Assembly: GCA_963730935.1 (NCBI GenBank)
Contig: CAVSTP010000003.1
Coordinates: 480,001-544,000, forward strand
Direction: 5' to 3'
DNA from: an uncultured Nitrospiraceae bacterium
Lineage (GTDB): Bacteria; Nitrospirota; Nitrospiria; Nitrospirales; Nitrospiraceae
Length of the DNA stretch: 64,000 nucleotides
A program made the translations under genes and the position numbers. The stretch's first letter is position 1. Every line of letters starts with the position of its first letter. Below, one piece after another: positions 1-17,484 of this stretch. Below the pieces are notes generated by a model, which searched no databases, was not told the origin of the DNA, and was given only the letters and a program-made list of their open reading frames with translations.

Positions 1-1
1 G

Positions 2-2881
2 ATGGAACGGACGGTGTCGAAAGAAGAGGCAATGGTGGAGATCTACCGGCGTCTGCGCCCGGGAGAGACGCCGTCGGTCGAAACTGCCCGGGCGCTCTTC
101 GACAATTTGTTCTTGAACTCCAAGCGCTATGACCTTTCTCCGGTCGGGCGATTGAAGCTTAACAAGAAACTGCTTTTGGATTTTCCCTTGGAGCAACGAA
201 CGCTCACGTCCCAGGACATTGTCGAAGTCATTCGCTACCTCGTCAATCTCAAGATGGGGAAAGGCGAAATCGACGACATTGACCACTTGGGAAATCGCCG
301 GGTCCGATCCGTCGGAGAACTGCTGGAAAACCAGTTCCGGCTTGGTCTCGTTCGCATGGAGCGTAGCATCAAGGAACGGATGAATCTTCTCGACATGGAG
401 ACGGTGCTGCCGCACGACTTGATCAATGCGAAGCCGGTCGTGGCAGCTGTCAAAGAGTTCTTCAGCAGCAGCCAGTTGTCGCAGTTCATGGATCAGACGA
501 ATCCGCTGGCCGAGATCACCCATAAGCGGCGGTTGTCGGCCCTGGGTCCTGGTGGATTGACGAGAGAACGGGCGGGATTCGAAGTGCGTGACGTGCATCC
601 TTCCCACTATAGCCGGATCTGTCCGATTGAAACGCCGGAAGGTCCGAATATCGGATTAATTACGTCTCTGGCGACGTATGCCCGGATCAACGAGTTCGGA
701 TTTATCGAAGCGCCGTACCGGCGTGTCGAGAAAGGCCGGGTGACCGATCAGATCGAATTTCTTTCCGCGATCGAAGGTGACAAGTTCTTGATCGCTCAAG
801 CCAACTCCAAGCTGGATGGCTCGGGGCGATTGGTGTCTGAAACGGTGTCGGCGAGGTCTGGCGGCGACTTTGTCACCATTACGCCGGATCGGGTCGAATA
901 TATGGATGTCTCGCCAAAGCAGGTCGTTAGCGTCGCTACGGCCCTTGTGCCGTTCCTAGAACACGACGATGCGAACCGTGCGTTGATGGGATCGAATATG
1001 CAGCGCCAGGCGGTGCCTCTCCTCAAGTCCGAAGCGCCGTTGGTTGGCACCGGTATGGAAGCGGTCGTCGCACGGGATTCCGGCTATGTGGTTCAGGCCC
1101 GCCGATCGGGCGTGGTCGAAAGCGTGGACGCCACACGGATCGTGGTGCGTTCCGATAGCAAAGAAGGGCGGAAGCGTAACGATACTGGCCTGGACGTATA
1201 CGATCTGATCAAGTTCCAACGGTCGAATCAGAACACCTGCATCACGCAAACTCCAGTCGTCCGCATCGGGCAGCCGGTGAAGAAGGGGCAGGTCCTTGCC
1301 GACGGGCCCGCGATCGATCAAGGGGAATTGGCGCTTGGCAAGAACGTCCTCGTGGCATTCATGCCCTGGGGCGGATACAACTTCGAAGACGCCATCCTCC
1401 TCAGTGAGAAATTGGTGCGCGAAGATGCGTTCACCTCCATCCACATCGAGGAATTCGAAGTGGAAGCGCGGGACACCAAACTCGGTAAGGAAGACATCAC
1501 CCGCGACATCCCCAACGTCGGCGAAGAGGCGCTACGCAATCTCGACGAGAGCGGCATCATTCGCATCGGCGCCGAGGTGAAGCCGGGCGACATTTTGGTC
1601 GGCAAGGTGACGCCGAAAGGCGAAACCCAGCTCACACCGGAAGAAAAGCTGCTGCGTGCGATCTTCGGCGAAAAGGCAGGCGACGTGAAAGACACGTCCC
1701 TGACGGTGCCGCCTGGTGTCGAAGGCATCGTCGTCGACGTCAAGATTTTTTCGCGCAAGGGGCTCGACAAGGATGAACGGTCCAAGAGCATTGAAAGCGA
1801 AGATACGATGCGGCTGCAGCGCGATCATCACGAAGAGCTGCGCATCATCGACGAGGAAAAGACCAAGAAAGTTCGGAAGCTCTTATTGGGCAAAGTCGTC
1901 GGACGGGATCTCATGGATCCGGAAAGCGGCGATGTCATTCTGAAGAAGAAGGGCAAGCTCACGGCAGAGATCCTGAAGCGCCTGTCGGATGAGTCGGTGC
2001 GCTATATCATCCTCAGCGATCCCGACGAACAAAAGGAATTGGAGGATGTGGAGCGCCGGGCGAAGGAACAGGTCGAAATTCTGCAGACGCTTTACGATGA
2101 GAAGGTCGGACGTCTCAAGCGTGGCGATGAATTGCCGCCGGGCGTAATCAAGCTCGTGAAAGTCTATATCTCGATGAAACGCAAGATCCAGGTCGGTGAC
2201 AAAATGGCCGGCCGCCACGGCAACAAGGGCGTCGTTTCCCGCGTGTTGCCGGAAGAGGACATGCCCTATCTGCCGGACGGCACTCCGGTGGAGATCGTGC
2301 TGAATCCCTTGGGCGTGCCCTCGCGTATGAACGTCGGACAGATCTTGGAAACGCATTTGGGCTGGGCCGCCAAGGCGCTCGGCATCAAAGTCGCCAGTCC
2401 GGTGTTCGACGGCGCTTCTGAAAAGGAAATCAAGGATCTGCTGAAAAAGGGCAAATTGCCCACCAGTGGGCAATCGGCTCTGATGGACGGCCGGACGGGT
2501 GAACCCTTCGGTAGTCCGGTGACGGTCGGATACATGTATGTGCTGAAACTGCACCATTTGGTGGATGACAAGATCCACGCACGTTCAATCGGCCCGTACT
2601 CGCTCGTGACTCAGCAGCCGCTGGGCGGAAAAGCCCAGTTCGGCGGGCAGCGGTTGGGCGAAATGGAAGTCTGGGCGCTGCAGGCGTACGGAGCCGCTTC
2701 CACCTTGCAAGAGTTCCTGACAGTGAAATCCGACGACGTCCCCGGCCGGTCACGGATGTATGAAGCGATCGTGAAAGGAGAGCCCTTCCTCGAGCCCGGG
2801 TTGCCCGAATCGTTCAACGTCTTGGTGAAGGAACTGCAAAGCTTAGGATTGGACGTAGAGTTGGTCAAGTCGCAGGACTAA
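2..2881 (+). CDS. rpoB: RNA polymerase beta subunit (5'-truncated by window edge)
   Basis: Conserved motifs [42 protein letters not shown] open from the window start. Confidence 0.99.
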   Translation: MERTVSKEEAMVEIYRRLRPGETPSVETARALFDNLFLNSKRYDLSPVGRLKLNKKLLLDFPLEQRTLTSQDIVEVIRYLVNLKMGKGEIDDIDHLGNRRVRSVGELLENQFRLGLVRMERSIKERMNLLDMETVLPHDLINAKPVVAAVKEFFSSSQLSQFMDQTNPLAEITHKRRLSALGPGGLTRERAGFEVRDVHPSHYSRICPIETPEGPNIGLITSLATYARINEFGFIEAPYRRVEKGRVTDQIEFLSAIEGDKFLIAQANSKLDGSGRLVSETVSARSGGDFVTITPDRVEYMDVSPKQVVSVATALVPFLEHDDANRALMGSNMQRQAVPLLKSEAPLVGTGMEAVVARDSGYVVQARRSGVVESVDATRIVVRSDSKEGRKRNDTGLDVYDLIKFQRSNQNTCITQTPVVRIGQPVKKGQVLADGPAIDQGELALGKNVLVAFMPWGGYNFEDAILLSEKLVREDAFTSIHIEEFEVEARDTKLGKEDITRDIPNVGEEALRNLDESGIIRIGAEVKPGDILVGKVTPKGETQLTPEEKLLRAIFGEKAGDVKDTSLTVPPGVEGIVVDVKIFSRKGLDKDERSKSIESEDTMRLQRDHHEELRIIDEEKTKKVRKLLLGKVVGRDLMDPESGDVILKKKGKLTAEILKRLSDESVRYIILSDPDEQKELEDVERRAKEQVEILQTLYDEKVGRLKRGDELPPGVIKLVKVYISMKRKIQVGDKMAGRHGNKGVVSRVLPEEDMPYLPDGTPVEIVLNPLGVPSRMNVGQILETHLGWAAKALGIKVASPVFDGASEKEIKDLLKKGKLPTSGQSALMDGRTGEPFGSPVTVGYMYVLKLHHLVDDKIHARSIGPYSLVTQQPLGGKAQFGGQRLGEMEVWALQAYGAASTLQEFLTVKSDDVPGRSRMYEAIVKGEPFLEPGLPESFNVLVKELQSLGLDVELVKSQD

Positions 2882-2924
2882 CCACTTGAGCCGGCATTGG
2901 CCGGCATCAGAGGAGGTCACTACT

Positions 2925-7106
<4,182 letters not shown>

Positions 7107-7125
7107 CCGAAGCGCTTTCCCTAGC

Positions 7126-7154
7126 TTGACAGGGCCCGCGGGCATCATTATAAT
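7126..7154 (+). promoter_or_regulatory. sigma70 promoter of the str/S10 superoperon
   Basis: Perfect TTGACA(7126-7131)-17 bp-TATAAT(7149-7154), followed by a GC-rich discriminator CCGCGG. Confidence 0.9.
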
Positions 7155-7219
7155 CCGCGGGCTTTGCCCTTGATGGGCCCCTCAGACCACCGGGTTTTGA
7201 GCCGAAAGAAAGATTCACG

Positions 7220-7591
7220 ATGCCAACGATCAATCAGTTAGTGAGAAAGGGCCGCCAGCTGGCCCATGCCAAGACGAAAAGTCCGGCGTTGAAGTCCTGT
7301 CCGCAAAAGCGAGGCGTCTGTCTGCGTGTCTACACCTCGACGCCGAAGAAACCGAATTCCGCGCTTCGAAAGGTTGCGCGTGTGCGCTTGACGAACGGGA
7401 TGGAAGTCACCACCTATATTCCGGGCGTCGGGCACAACTTACAGGAGCATTCGATCGTGCTGGTGCGCGGCGGTCGTGTCAAAGACCTGCCCGGCGTGCG
7501 CTATCACATCGTGCGCGGGGCGCTCGACGCCGTCGGGGTCGCTGACCGCAAGCAAGGCCGCTCGAAATACGGCGCGAAACGTCCGAAGTAG
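7220..7591 (+). CDS. rpsL: 30S ribosomal protein S12
   Basis: [29 protein letters not shown]. Confidence 0.99.
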   Translation: MPTINQLVRKGRQLAHAKTKSPALKSCPQKRGVCLRVYTSTPKKPNSALRKVARVRLTNGMEVTTYIPGVGHNLQEHSIVLVRGGRVKDLPGVRYHIVRGALDAVGVADRKQGRSKYGAKRPK

Positions 7592-7629
7592 TTCTTACGA
7601 TCATCCAGCACTCGAGAAAGTAATCGACC

Positions 7630-8100
7630 ATGCCACGAAGCAGATTTTTAGGACAGAGAGAACCCCTTCCGGATGTACGGTTCCGCGACAAGGTCGTTGG
7701 AAAATTTCTCAACATCCTGATGGAAGGCGGTAAGAAAAGCACAGCGGAGCGGATTTGTTACGGTGCCTTCGACGTCATCCAGGAAAAGACAGGCGGAGAC
7801 CCACTCAAAGTTTTTAAATCGGCGATCGACAACGTGAAGCCCATTGTCGAAGTGAAATCCCGCCGGGTCGGCGGCGCCTCCTATCAGGTGCCGGTCGAAA
7901 TTCGTCCGGCGCGCCGAATGTCTCTCGCCCTTCGGTGGCTGTCGGAATATGCCAGGACGCGCGGCGGCAAGAGCATGCGGGAAAAGCTCGCGGCAGAGTT
8001 GTTGGACGCGTCGAATAACACAGGGGCCGCGGTCAAGAAACGGGAAGACGTGCATCGGATGGCGGAGGCGAACAAGGCCTTCGCGCACTATCGCTGGTAA
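7630..8100 (+). CDS. rpsG: 30S ribosomal protein S7
   Basis: [25 protein letters not shown]. Confidence 0.99.
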   Translation: MPRSRFLGQREPLPDVRFRDKVVGKFLNILMEGGKKSTAERICYGAFDVIQEKTGGDPLKVFKSAIDNVKPIVEVKSRRVGGASYQVPVEIRPARRMSLALRWLSEYARTRGGKSMREKLAAELLDASNNTGAAVKKREDVHRMAEANKAFAHYRW

Positions 8101-8108
8101 CGTCGTTT

Positions 8109-8199
8109 CGTGCTGCAGTTGGGCCGTGCTGCGATCCGCAGACGCGGGTGCCCCTGAATCGCAGCGGTAGTCGGCTCATCCTGCAGCACGTGTGTTTTT
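8109..8199 (+). terminator. long rpsG-fusA intergenic hairpin followed by a short T-tract (attenuator, terminator or processing site)
   Basis: CGTGCTGCAG(8109-8118) pairs with CTGCAGCACG(8181-8190); inner stems TGGGCCG/CGGCTCA and GCTGCGAT/ATCGCAGC; TTTTT at 8195-8199. Confidence 0.55.
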
Positions 8200-8210
8200 A
8201 AAGGGATACC

Positions 8211-10292
8211 ATGGCAAGGCAAGCACCATTAGATCGAACCAGAAATATCGGCATCATGGCGCACATCGATGCCGGGAAGACGACGACGACGGAGCGCATC
8301 CTCTATTACACCGGCATGACGCACAAGATGGGCGAGGTGCACGAGGGTGCGGCCACGATGGACTGGATGGAGCAGGAGAGGGAACGCGGTATTACGATCA
8401 CGGCTGCAGCGACGACGTGCTTCTGGAGGGATCATCGCATCAATATCATCGATACGCCGGGACACGTTGATTTCACCATTGAAGTGGAACGGTCGTTGCG
8501 CGTCCTTGACGGCGCCGTGGCCGTGTTCGACTCAGTGCAAGGCGTGGAGCCGCAATCAGAAACGGTCTGGCGGCAGGCAGACAAGTATCAGGTCCCCCGC
8601 ATCGCCTTCATGAACAAGATGGATCGGGTCGGCGCCGACTTCTATTTCAGCGTTCAGACCATCATTGATCGATTAGGCGCGAACCCGGTGCCCATACAGA
8701 TTCCAATCGGACGCGAGTCGGAATACCGCGGCTCGATCGATCTGATCACGATGAAGGCCTACGTCTACGACGATGAAACTCTTGGTGCCAAATACAAAGT
8801 CGAAGAGATTCCAGCTGACTTGGTGGATAAAGCCAAAGAGTACCGTGAAAAAATGTTGGAAGCGGTGGCAGAGTTCGACGATCATGTGATGGAAAAATAT
8901 CTCAACGGTCAATCGTTGACCGAGGAAGAGATTCGGCGGGTCGTGCGGGCCGGCGCCATCACCCTGAAGGTCACTCCCGTGCTGTGCGGATCGGCGTTCA
9001 AAAATAAGGGCGTGCAGCAGCTGTTGGACGGCGTCGTGGACTTCCTGCCGTCTCCCGTGGATATCCCTGCGGTGAAGGGCCTCGATCCGAACACCGGCAA
9101 GGAAGTCGAACGGAAGCCGTCCGATACCGAGCCGTTTTCTGCGCTCGCCTTCAAGATCATGTCCGATCCGTTTGCAGGTCAGTTGACCTATTTCCGTGTG
9201 TATTCCGGGACACTGAAGACCGGAACGCCGGTGCTGAACGTGACCAAGGGGACGAAAGACCGCATCGGCCGCCTGTTGAAAATGCACGCCAACAAGCGCG
9301 AGGAAATCGATGCCGCGCATGCCGGCGACATCGTCGCTGCCGTGGGGTTGAAGGGCGCCACGACCGGCGACACGCTCGCAGACGAAAAGCAGCCTGTGCT
9401 GCTCGAAGTGATGAAATTTCCCGAGCCGGTCATCGCGATGGCCATCGAACCCAAGACGAAGCCAGATCAGGAGAAGATGGGTTTTGCTCTTCAGAAGCTT
9501 GCCCAGGAAGATCCGTCGTTCCGCGTGCGTACCGACGAAGAAACAGCGCAGACAATTATTGCCGGGATGGGCGAGTTGCACCTGGAAATCATCGTCGATC
9601 GCCTGCTGCGGGAATTCAAGGTCGAAGCCAATGTCGGAAAGCCGGAGGTGGCGTTCAGGGAGACGATCCGCCGCAAGGCCGAAGCCGAATCCAAGTACAT
9701 CAAGCAGACCGGCGGCCGCGGTCAGTATGGTCACGTCGTGCTCACCGTCGAGCCATCCGAATCAGGCAAGGGGTTGGAATTTGTCAACAAGGTCGTCGGC
9801 GGAGCGATCCCCAAAGAATACATCCCAGCGATCGAGAAGGGCGTGAAGGAACGCATGGAAAACGGCGTGATCGCCGGCTATCCGTTACGCGACATCAAGG
9901 TGACCGTCATCGACGGGTCCTATCACGAAGTCGACTCCAACGAAATGGCGTTCAAAATCGCCGGCTCGATGGGATTTTCGGACGCCTGTAAGAAGGCGGA
10001 CGCCGTGCTACTGGAACCCATCATGAAGGTCGAGGTGCTCGTTCCACAGGAGTTCATGGGCGACGTCATCGGCAACTTGAATGGCCGCCGCGGCAAGGTT
10101 CAAGGCATGAAGGTCCGGGCCGGCGCCCAGGCGATCGAAGCGTCGGTGCCGCTCATGGAAATGTTCGGCTACGCGACGGACCTTCGTTCTCGCACGCAGG
10201 GCCGGGCGACCTACAGCATGGAGTTCGATCGATACGATCAGGTTCCCAAGCAGATATCCGAAGCGATCATCGCCAAATATCGTGGCGAATGA
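8211..10292 (+). CDS. fusA: elongation factor G
   Basis: [26 protein letters not shown]. Confidence 0.99.
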   Translation: MARQAPLDRTRNIGIMAHIDAGKTTTTERILYYTGMTHKMGEVHEGAATMDWMEQERERGITITAAATTCFWRDHRINIIDTPGHVDFTIEVERSLRVLDGAVAVFDSVQGVEPQSETVWRQADKYQVPRIAFMNKMDRVGADFYFSVQTIIDRLGANPVPIQIPIGRESEYRGSIDLITMKAYVYDDETLGAKYKVEEIPADLVDKAKEYREKMLEAVAEFDDHVMEKYLNGQSLTEEEIRRVVRAGAITLKVTPVLCGSAFKNKGVQQLLDGVVDFLPSPVDIPAVKGLDPNTGKEVERKPSDTEPFSALAFKIMSDPFAGQLTYFRVYSGTLKTGTPVLNVTKGTKDRIGRLLKMHANKREEIDAAHAGDIVAAVGLKGATTGDTLADEKQPVLLEVMKFPEPVIAMAIEPKTKPDQEKMGFALQKLAQEDPSFRVRTDEETAQTIIAGMGELHLEIIVDRLLREFKVEANVGKPEVAFRETIRRKAEAESKYIKQTGGRGQYGHVVLTVEPSESGKGLEFVNKVVGGAIPKEYIPAIEKGVKERMENGVIAGYPLRDIKVTVIDGSYHEVDSNEMAFKIAGSMGFSDACKKADAVLLEPIMKVEVLVPQEFMGDVIGNLNGRRGKVQGMKVRAGAQAIEASVPLMEMFGYATDLRSRTQGRATYSMEFDRYDQVPKQISEAIIAKYRGE

Positions 10293-10333
10293 CCGCTGAT
10301 CCGATGACCATCGATTTGAGAAGGAGCTGAGGC

Positions 10334-11539
<1,206 letters not shown>

Positions 11540-11564
11540 CCTACCAAGACGAATTGAGGATTGC

Positions 11565-11879
11565 ATGGTGAAGGTGGATCAACGAATTAGGATCAGGCTC
11601 CGCGGGTTCGATTACCGCGTGTTGGATCAGTCGGTGGCGGAAATCGTGGAAACGGTGCGTCGTAGCGGTGCGAAAATCGTGGGACCGATCCCCTTGCCGA
11701 CACGCATCGAGAAATTCACGGTTCAGCGCGCGACGCACGCCGATAAGAAGGCCCGCGAGCAATTTGAAATCCGGACGCACAAGCGCTTGATGGACATCAT
11801 GGAGCCGACGCCGGAAACCATGGATTCCCTCATGAAGCTGAACCTGGCCGCGGGCGTGGACGTCGAAATCAAGTTGTAA
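11565..11879 (+). CDS. rpsJ: 30S ribosomal protein S10
   Basis: [30 protein letters not shown] 11565 after GAGG. Confidence 0.98.
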   Translation: MVKVDQRIRIRLRGFDYRVLDQSVAEIVETVRRSGAKIVGPIPLPTRIEKFTVQRATHADKKAREQFEIRTHKRLMDIMEPTPETMDSLMKLNLAAGVDVEIKL

Positions 11880-11939
11880 GTTTCGAGTCTAGACGACGGG
11901 TGTAACTTTTACGACTGAGAAGAGAGAGTCGGGAGAATT

Positions 11940-12560
11940 ATGACGAACGGGTTGCTCGGCAAGAAACTGGGCATGACGCAGATGCTGGACGAGACCCGGC
12001 TGACCCCGGTCACGGTCATCGAAGCCGGGCCATGCCGCGTCGTCATGGTGAAGACCAAAGAGCGCGACGGTTACGAAGCGGTTCAACTCGCGTTCGGACA
12101 GATCAAGGATCGGAAACTGTCCAAGGCACAACTGGGCCACTTAAAGAAGCATGAAGCGCCCGCCAGCCGGATCCTTCGAGAATTCAAGAAGGACGGCGAC
12201 GTTGCCGTCGGGCAGACGGTGAAGGCCGATATTTTCAAGAAGGGCGACTGGGTTGATGTGATCGGCGTGTCCAAGGGGAAGGGATTCCAAGGGGTCGTGC
12301 GAAGGCACCACTATGCGGGTGGACCCGAGTCTCACGGTTCCATGTTCCATCGCGCCCCGGGATCGATCGGCGCCAGCTCTTTTCCTTCTCGAGTCTGGAA
12401 AGGCAAGACCCTTCCGGGACATATGGGAGCGGAACGGGTGACGACACAGCGATTAAAAGTCATTGAGTCCAGGCCCGATGAAAACCTCTTGTTCCTGCGT
12501 GGAGCGGTTCCCGGCGCCGCGAATGGACTGCTCATCGTCAGAAAGTCGAAGAAGGGGTAG
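11940..12560 (+). CDS. rplC: 50S ribosomal protein L3
   Basis: [25 protein letters not shown]10 operon position. Confidence 0.98.
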   Translation: MTNGLLGKKLGMTQMLDETRLTPVTVIEAGPCRVVMVKTKERDGYEAVQLAFGQIKDRKLSKAQLGHLKKHEAPASRILREFKKDGDVAVGQTVKADIFKKGDWVDVIGVSKGKGFQGVVRRHHYAGGPESHGSMFHRAPGSIGASSFPSRVWKGKTLPGHMGAERVTTQRLKVIESRPDENLLFLRGAVPGAANGLLIVRKSKKG

Positions 12561-12562
12561 GC

Positions 12563-13186
12563 ATGCCGACCGTAGATGTGGTCGATCTGAACAGACGGAA
12601 AGTCGGGTCCGTGGAACTTCCCGCAGAAGTGTTCGGCTGCAAGCCGCACGCGACGCTCGTTCACGAGGCGGTGGTCATGCAGCAGGCCTGTGAACGGCAG
12701 GGTACGGCATCGACGCTTCGGCGAGGCGAGGTACGCGGATCCGGGAAGAAGCCCTGGAAGCAGAAGCACACGGGACGGGCTCGCGCCGGTTCTGTTCGGT
12801 CGCCGGTATGGCGCCATGGCGGGTCGGTGTTCGGCCCGAAGCCGAGGAGCTATGCCTTCAGTATGCCGAAGAAGAAATATCGGGCTGCGCTGCAAAGTGC
12901 CTTGTCAGCGAAAGTGACCGACGGGCAGTTGTTCGTCGTCTCAACTCTGTCCCTCGAACAGCCCAAGACCAAGGTGCTTGCCAAGGCCTTGGCGCAGTTC
13001 GCCTCGGGGACACAGATTCTGGTCATCGCCGGTGACGGCCAGGAAGGCTTGACGCAGGCCGCGCGGAATTTGACGAAGGTCAATGTCGTGACGCCTGATC
13101 GGCTCAACGTCTACGACATCGTGCGCGCTGGCACGATCGTGATTCCCGAGCGGGAACTGCCGCGGGTCAAGGAGGTCTGGGCATGA
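12563..13186 (+). CDS. rplD: 50S ribosomal protein L4
   Basis: KPWKQKHTGRARAGS, GGSVFGPKPR. Confidence 0.98.
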   Translation: MPTVDVVDLNRRKVGSVELPAEVFGCKPHATLVHEAVVMQQACERQGTASTLRRGEVRGSGKKPWKQKHTGRARAGSVRSPVWRHGGSVFGPKPRSYAFSMPKKKYRAALQSALSAKVTDGQLFVVSTLSLEQPKTKVLAKALAQFASGTQILVIAGDGQEGLTQAARNLTKVNVVTPDRLNVYDIVRAGTIVIPERELPRVKEVWA

Positions 13187-13476
13187 AAGTCGATCTCCAC
13201 AGCGTGCTCATTCAGCCGTTGTTGACGGAAAAAGTCACCGCCCTCCGCGAAAGCAGCAACACGGTCGGCTTTCTGGTCCATCCGGATGCGAATCGCCTCC
13301 AGATCAAGCAGGCAGTCGAGACGCTCTTAAAAGTCAAGGTCGAGCGCGTCAATGTCCTGAACGTGCAGGGCAAGATCAAGCGCCTGGGCCGGTTTTCGGG
13401 AAAGCGCTCCGATTGGAAGAAGGCCTTTGTGAAGTTGAAGGAAGGCGAGAAACTCGAGTTGTACGAAAGCGCATAA
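13183..13476 (+). CDS. rplW: 50S ribosomal protein L23
   Basis: PLLTEK, WKKAFVKL; operon position. Confidence 0.97.
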   Translation: MKVDLHSVLIQPLLTEKVTALRESSNTVGFLVHPDANRLQIKQAVETLLKVKVERVNVLNVQGKIKRLGRFSGKRSDWKKAFVKLKEGEKLELYESA

Positions 13477-13506
13477 CCAGGTAGAGCGAGACAATAAGGA
13501 CAACGT

Positions 13507-14349
13507 ATGGGACTGAAAGCGTATAAGCCGACGACGTCGGGCCGCCGAGGCATGACGATCGTCACGACGGACGAATTGACGAAGAAGCGACCTGAAAAGG
13601 GATTGACGTCGTTTCACCTCCGGACGGGTGGGCGCAACAACGACGGACGGACCACGGTCCGTTACCGTGGAGCGGGCCATCGCCGGCTCTACCGGACGAT
13701 CGACTTCCGCCGCGATAAGGTGGGAATTTCCGCCAAGGTCACCGCGCTTGAGTACGATCCCAACCGCTCAGCCCGCATCGCACTGCTGAACTACAAAGAT
13801 GGCGAGAAGCGGTACATTCTCGCGCCGATTGGTTTGCAGATCGGCGACGTTTTGCAATCCGGCTCGGACGCAGAGGTGCGCACAGGCAATGCATTGCCGC
13901 TCTCGAACATGCCGCTGGGTACCACAATTCATAATATTGAATTGAAGCCCGGCAAGGGTGGCCAACTCATCCGTAGCGCCGGCGGGTTTGCCCAGGTCAT
14001 GGGCCGGGACGGCGATTATGTGCAGGTGCGGCTGAAGTCGGGGGAAATGCGACGCATTTTGGCGTCATGCATGGCGACGGTCGGCCAGGTCGGCAATCTG
14101 GACCACGAGAACATCAATGTCGGCAAAGCAGGACGCAACCGATGGCTGGGCCGTCGCCCGCACGTACGCGGGGTCGTCATGAATCCGGTCGACCATCCGC
14201 ATGGCGGTGGTGAAGGCAAATCGGGTCAGGGCAATCCCCATCCCGTGTCGCCTTGGGGTCTCCCGACGAAGGGCTATAAGACCAGGCAGAACAAGAAGAC
14301 GGACAAGTACATCATCGCTCGCCGCAAGTCAGGAGTGCGCAATGCCTAG
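13507..14349 (+). CDS. rplB: 50S ribosomal protein L2
   Basis: [21 protein letters not shown]. Confidence 0.99.
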   Translation: MGLKAYKPTTSGRRGMTIVTTDELTKKRPEKGLTSFHLRTGGRNNDGRTTVRYRGAGHRRLYRTIDFRRDKVGISAKVTALEYDPNRSARIALLNYKDGEKRYILAPIGLQIGDVLQSGSDAEVRTGNALPLSNMPLGTTIHNIELKPGKGGQLIRSAGGFAQVMGRDGDYVQVRLKSGEMRRILASCMATVGQVGNLDHENINVGKAGRNRWLGRRPHVRGVVMNPVDHPHGGGEGKSGQGNPHPVSPWGLPTKGYKTRQNKKTDKYIIARRKSGVRNA

Positions 14350-14629
14350 ATCGATCAGTAAAGGCGCCTTTGTCGACGATCATCTGCTGAAAAAGGTTGA
14401 GCAGATGAATCACACGAAAGACCGGAAAATCATCAAGACGTGGTCGAGGCGATCGACCGTCGTGCCCGACATGATCGGGCATACGTTCGCCGTTCATAAC
14501 GGCAAGAAGTTCATCCCCGTGTTCGTCACCGAGAACATGGTCGGTCATAAATTGGGCGAGTTCGCTCCGACTAGATTCTTCAAGGGCCACGGGCAGGCGA
14601 AGACCGAGAAAGCCGTAGCGTTGAAATAG
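14342..14629 (+). CDS. rpsS: 30S ribosomal protein S19
   Basis: [30 protein letters not shown] 14342 overlaps the rplB end. Confidence 0.98.
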   Translation: MPRSISKGAFVDDHLLKKVEQMNHTKDRKIIKTWSRRSTVVPDMIGHTFAVHNGKKFIPVFVTENMVGHKLGEFAPTRFFKGHGQAKTEKAVALK

Positions 14630-14679
14630 GGGGACCAGGCGTCACTCGCCAGAAGCGGCGACATGACGGGAGTGCAACA

Positions 14680-15039
14680 ATGGCAGAAGCGAGAGCCGTA
14701 TTGAGATTTGTTCGGGTCGCACCGCGGAAGGCCCGGCCGGTGGTCGACATGATTCGCGGGCAGGAAGTGCCGATGGCCTTGGCCATGCTCAAGCATCTTC
14801 CTCGTCACGCCGCACGCGTGATCGAGAAAGTGCTGCGGTCGGCCGTCGCCAACGCCGAGCAGAAGGAATTGGGAGATAGCGAGTCGATGCGGGTCTCGAA
14901 GGCCTTCGTCAACTGCGGCCCGATCTATAAGCGCTTCCGCGCCCGGTCGATGGGGCGGGCCAACGCCATTCAGAAACGGACCAGCCACATCACCGTCGTG
15001 GTTGAAGCGCGGGGCGTGCAGGAGAAATCACGAGCCTGA
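14680..15039 (+). CDS. rplV: 50S ribosomal protein L22
   Basis: APRKAR, SAVANAE, KRTSHITVVV. Confidence 0.98.
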   Translation: MAEARAVLRFVRVAPRKARPVVDMIRGQEVPMALAMLKHLPRHAARVIEKVLRSAVANAEQKELGDSESMRVSKAFVNCGPIYKRFRARSMGRANAIQKRTSHITVVVEARGVQEKSRA

Positions 15040-15089
15040 ATATTGCGCGGATCGGCAGACGGCCGCCGCAGAACTGAGGAACGAATCGT

Positions 15090-15761
15090 ATGGGTCAGAA
15101 AACGCATCCAGTCGGCTATCGGCTTGGCTACAACTACACGTGGAGTTCGCGGTGGTACGCGAGCAAGGATTACGCGAAGCTGCTTCACCAGGACATCAAG
15201 ATCCGCAAAGTGGTCAAGCAAAAACTGTATCATGCGGGCGTGGCCAAGGTGGAGATCGAACGTTCAGGAGATCAGACCCGCGTCATCATTCATACGGCCA
15301 GACCCGGCATCATCATCGGCCGCAAGGGCGCGGAGGTGGACAAGCTGAAAGCGGAACTGGAAAAGCAGTACGGCGGGCAGGTCTACATCACGGTGAAGGA
15401 GATCAAAAAGCCCGAACTGGATGCTCAACTCGTCAGCGAAAACGTGGCGACGCAGCTGGAAAAACGCGTAGCCTTCCGTCGCGCGATGAAGCGGAGCGTG
15501 CAGTCGGCGCTGCGTCTGGGCGCGCAAGGGATCAAGATCATGATCGCTGGCCGTTTGGGCGGTGCGGAAATCGCGCGCACCGAATGGTATCGGGAGGGCC
15601 GTGTGCCGTTACATACGCTGCGGGCTGAAGTGGATTACGGCTTTGCCGAAGCCCATACCACGATGGGGCAGATCGGCGTCAAGACCTGGATCTATAAGGG
15701 CGAATTACTCCCGGCGCAGCCGCTCAAGCCAGAGGCGGCATTTGAACGGCGGCTCGGCTAA
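15090..15761 (+). CDS. rpsC: 30S ribosomal protein S3
   Basis: [27 protein letters not shown]. Confidence 0.99.
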   Translation: MGQKTHPVGYRLGYNYTWSSRWYASKDYAKLLHQDIKIRKVVKQKLYHAGVAKVEIERSGDQTRVIIHTARPGIIIGRKGAEVDKLKAELEKQYGGQVYITVKEIKKPELDAQLVSENVATQLEKRVAFRRAMKRSVQSALRLGAQGIKIMIAGRLGGAEIARTEWYREGRVPLHTLRAEVDYGFAEAHTTMGQIGVKTWIYKGELLPAQPLKPEAAFERRLG

Positions 15762-15775
15762 GCAACGAGGACATT

Positions 15776-16189
15776 GTGTTAGCACCGAAAAAAGTCAAAT
15801 TCAGAAAAATGATGAAGGGGCGGATGCGCGGCAAGGCCTATCGGGGCGGCCACATCACCCTCGGGGAATTTGGTCTCAAGGCACTGGAGCCGGGATGGGT
15901 GACCAGCCGTCAGATCGAAGCGGCGCGTATCGCGATTACCCGGTACGTGAAGCGTGGCGGTCAGGTCTGGACGAGAATTTTCCCAGACAAGCCGATCACC
16001 AAAAAACCAGCGGAAACTCGAATGGGTAAGGGGAAGGGCAATCCCGAATACTGGGTGGCCGTCGTCAAGCCGGGCCGGATCCTCTACGAGATGGGCGGAG
16101 TGACTTCCGACATCGCTCGTGAAGCCTTCCGCCTGGCGTCGCATAAGCTTCCGATCGCCACGAAGTGTGTCACGCGGGGCGAATTTTAG
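15776..16189 (+). CDS. rplP: 50S ribosomal protein L16
   Basis: RQIEAAR, RMGKGKG. Confidence 0.98.
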   Translation: MLAPKKVKFRKMMKGRMRGKAYRGGHITLGEFGLKALEPGWVTSRQIEAARIAITRYVKRGGQVWTRIFPDKPITKKPAETRMGKGKGNPEYWVAVVKPGRILYEMGGVTSDIAREAFRLASHKLPIATKCVTRGEF

Positions 16190-16222
16190 GATTGTCGTCG
16201 AGACGAAAGCACGAGCACTCAC

Positions 16223-16447
16223 ATGGACCTGAAAGAATTGAGACAGATGACCGGCGCTGAATTGTCCGAAAAGGCTAAGCAGCTGGGCCAGGAATTATTC
16301 AATCTTCGTTTTCAGCTCGGCACGGGCCGGCTGGAAAATCCCATGCAGATTCGCAAGACCAAGCGGTCCATCGCGCAGGTGAAAACCGTGCAGCGCGAAG
16401 TCGAGCAGGCCGAGCAAAAAAAAGGCGTCCTAGCGGCGAAAGGGTGA
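16223..16447 (+). CDS. rpmC: 50S ribosomal protein L29
   Basis: ELFNLRFQ; lies between rplP and rpsQ. Confidence 0.96.
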   Translation: MDLKELRQMTGAELSEKAKQLGQELFNLRFQLGTGRLENPMQIRKTKRSIAQVKTVQREVEQAEQKKGVLAAKG

Positions 16448-16454
16448 AGCGAGT

Positions 16455-16721
16455 ATGGCTGAGAGCGTAGTCAAGCGGCGAGAGTGGGTGGGGCGCGTCA
16501 TTAGCAACAAGATGAATAAGACCGTGGTCGTGGCAGTCGAGCGTCAGGTCGTGCATCCGATTTATCACAAGGTGCTTCGGCGCATGACGAAGTTCAAGGC
16601 CCATGACGAGCAGAACGCCTGCGGCATCGGGGACCGTGTGCGGATGATCGAGACCAGGCCTATCAGCAAGGACAAGCACTGGCGGGTGGTCGAGATTTTG
16701 GAAAAAGGACGCGTGGATTAA
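16455..16721 (+). CDS. rpsQ: 30S ribosomal protein S17
   Basis: [19 protein letters not shown]. Confidence 0.98.
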   Translation: MAESVVKRREWVGRVISNKMNKTVVVAVERQVVHPIYHKVLRRMTKFKAHDEQNACGIGDRVRMIETRPISKDKHWRVVEILEKGRVD

Positions 16722-16753
16722 ACGGGGCGTCCCCGGCGAGGATAGACGGCATC

Positions 16754-17122
16754 ATGATTCAGAACTACACATACATGGACGTGGCTGACAATTCTGGCGC
16801 AAAACAGGCCATGTGCTTTCACGTGCTGGGAGGGTCGAAGCGCCGGTACGCCTCATTGGGCGATGTGATTGTCGTGGCCGTGAAAGAGGCGATTCCGCAA
16901 GCGACGGTCAAAAAGGGCGACGTGAGCCGTGCGGTCATCGTGCGGACAACGAAGGAAGTCCGACGTGAGGACGGCTCGTACATCAAATTTGACCGAAATG
17001 CCTGCGTGTTGATCAACAAAGAAGGCGAACCGATTGGAACGCGCATTTTCGGACCGGTCGCACGCGAGCTTCGCTGGAAGAAGTTCATGAAGATCATTTC
17101 GCTGGCTCCAGAAGTGCTTTAA
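16754..17122 (+). CDS. rplN: 50S ribosomal protein L14
   Basis: [24 protein letters not shown]. Confidence 0.99.
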   Translation: MIQNYTYMDVADNSGAKQAMCFHVLGGSKRRYASLGDVIVVAVKEAIPQATVKKGDVSRAVIVRTTKEVRREDGSYIKFDRNACVLINKEGEPIGTRIFGPVARELRWKKFMKIISLAPEVL

Positions 17123-17140
17123 CCAGACGCAGGAGTGAAC

Positions 17141-17470
17141 GTGCACGCGCTGCAGAAGACTCACATTCGCAAAGGGGACACGGTCGTGGTGATTGCCGGA
17201 CGGGACCGGGGTAAGTCCGGGAAGGTCCTTTCCGTTGACCGGTCCGTCGGGAAGGTCGTCGTCGAGAAGCTGAACATGATCAAGCGCCACACCAAGCCGA
17301 ATCAGAAGGTCAAACAGGGCGGGATTCTCGAGAAAGAGGCGCCTCTGGCCATCTCGAACGTGATGTTCCTGTGCCCCGTCACCAAGAAGCCCACTCGCTT
17401 GGGCATTCGCGTGCAGGCTGACGGTCGGCGTGTGCGGTTCAGTAAGAAATCCAACGAATTGGTCGAGTAG
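17141..17470 (+). CDS. rplX: 50S ribosomal protein L24
   Basis: KOW motif [20 protein letters not shown] 17141 after AGGAG (alternative start 17135). Confidence 0.96.
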   Translation: MHALQKTHIRKGDTVVVIAGRDRGKSGKVLSVDRSVGKVVVEKLNMIKRHTKPNQKVKQGGILEKEAPLAISNVMFLCPVTKKPTRLGIRVQADGRRVRFSKKSNELVE

Positions 17471-17484
17471 CCCAGAAGGTCGTA

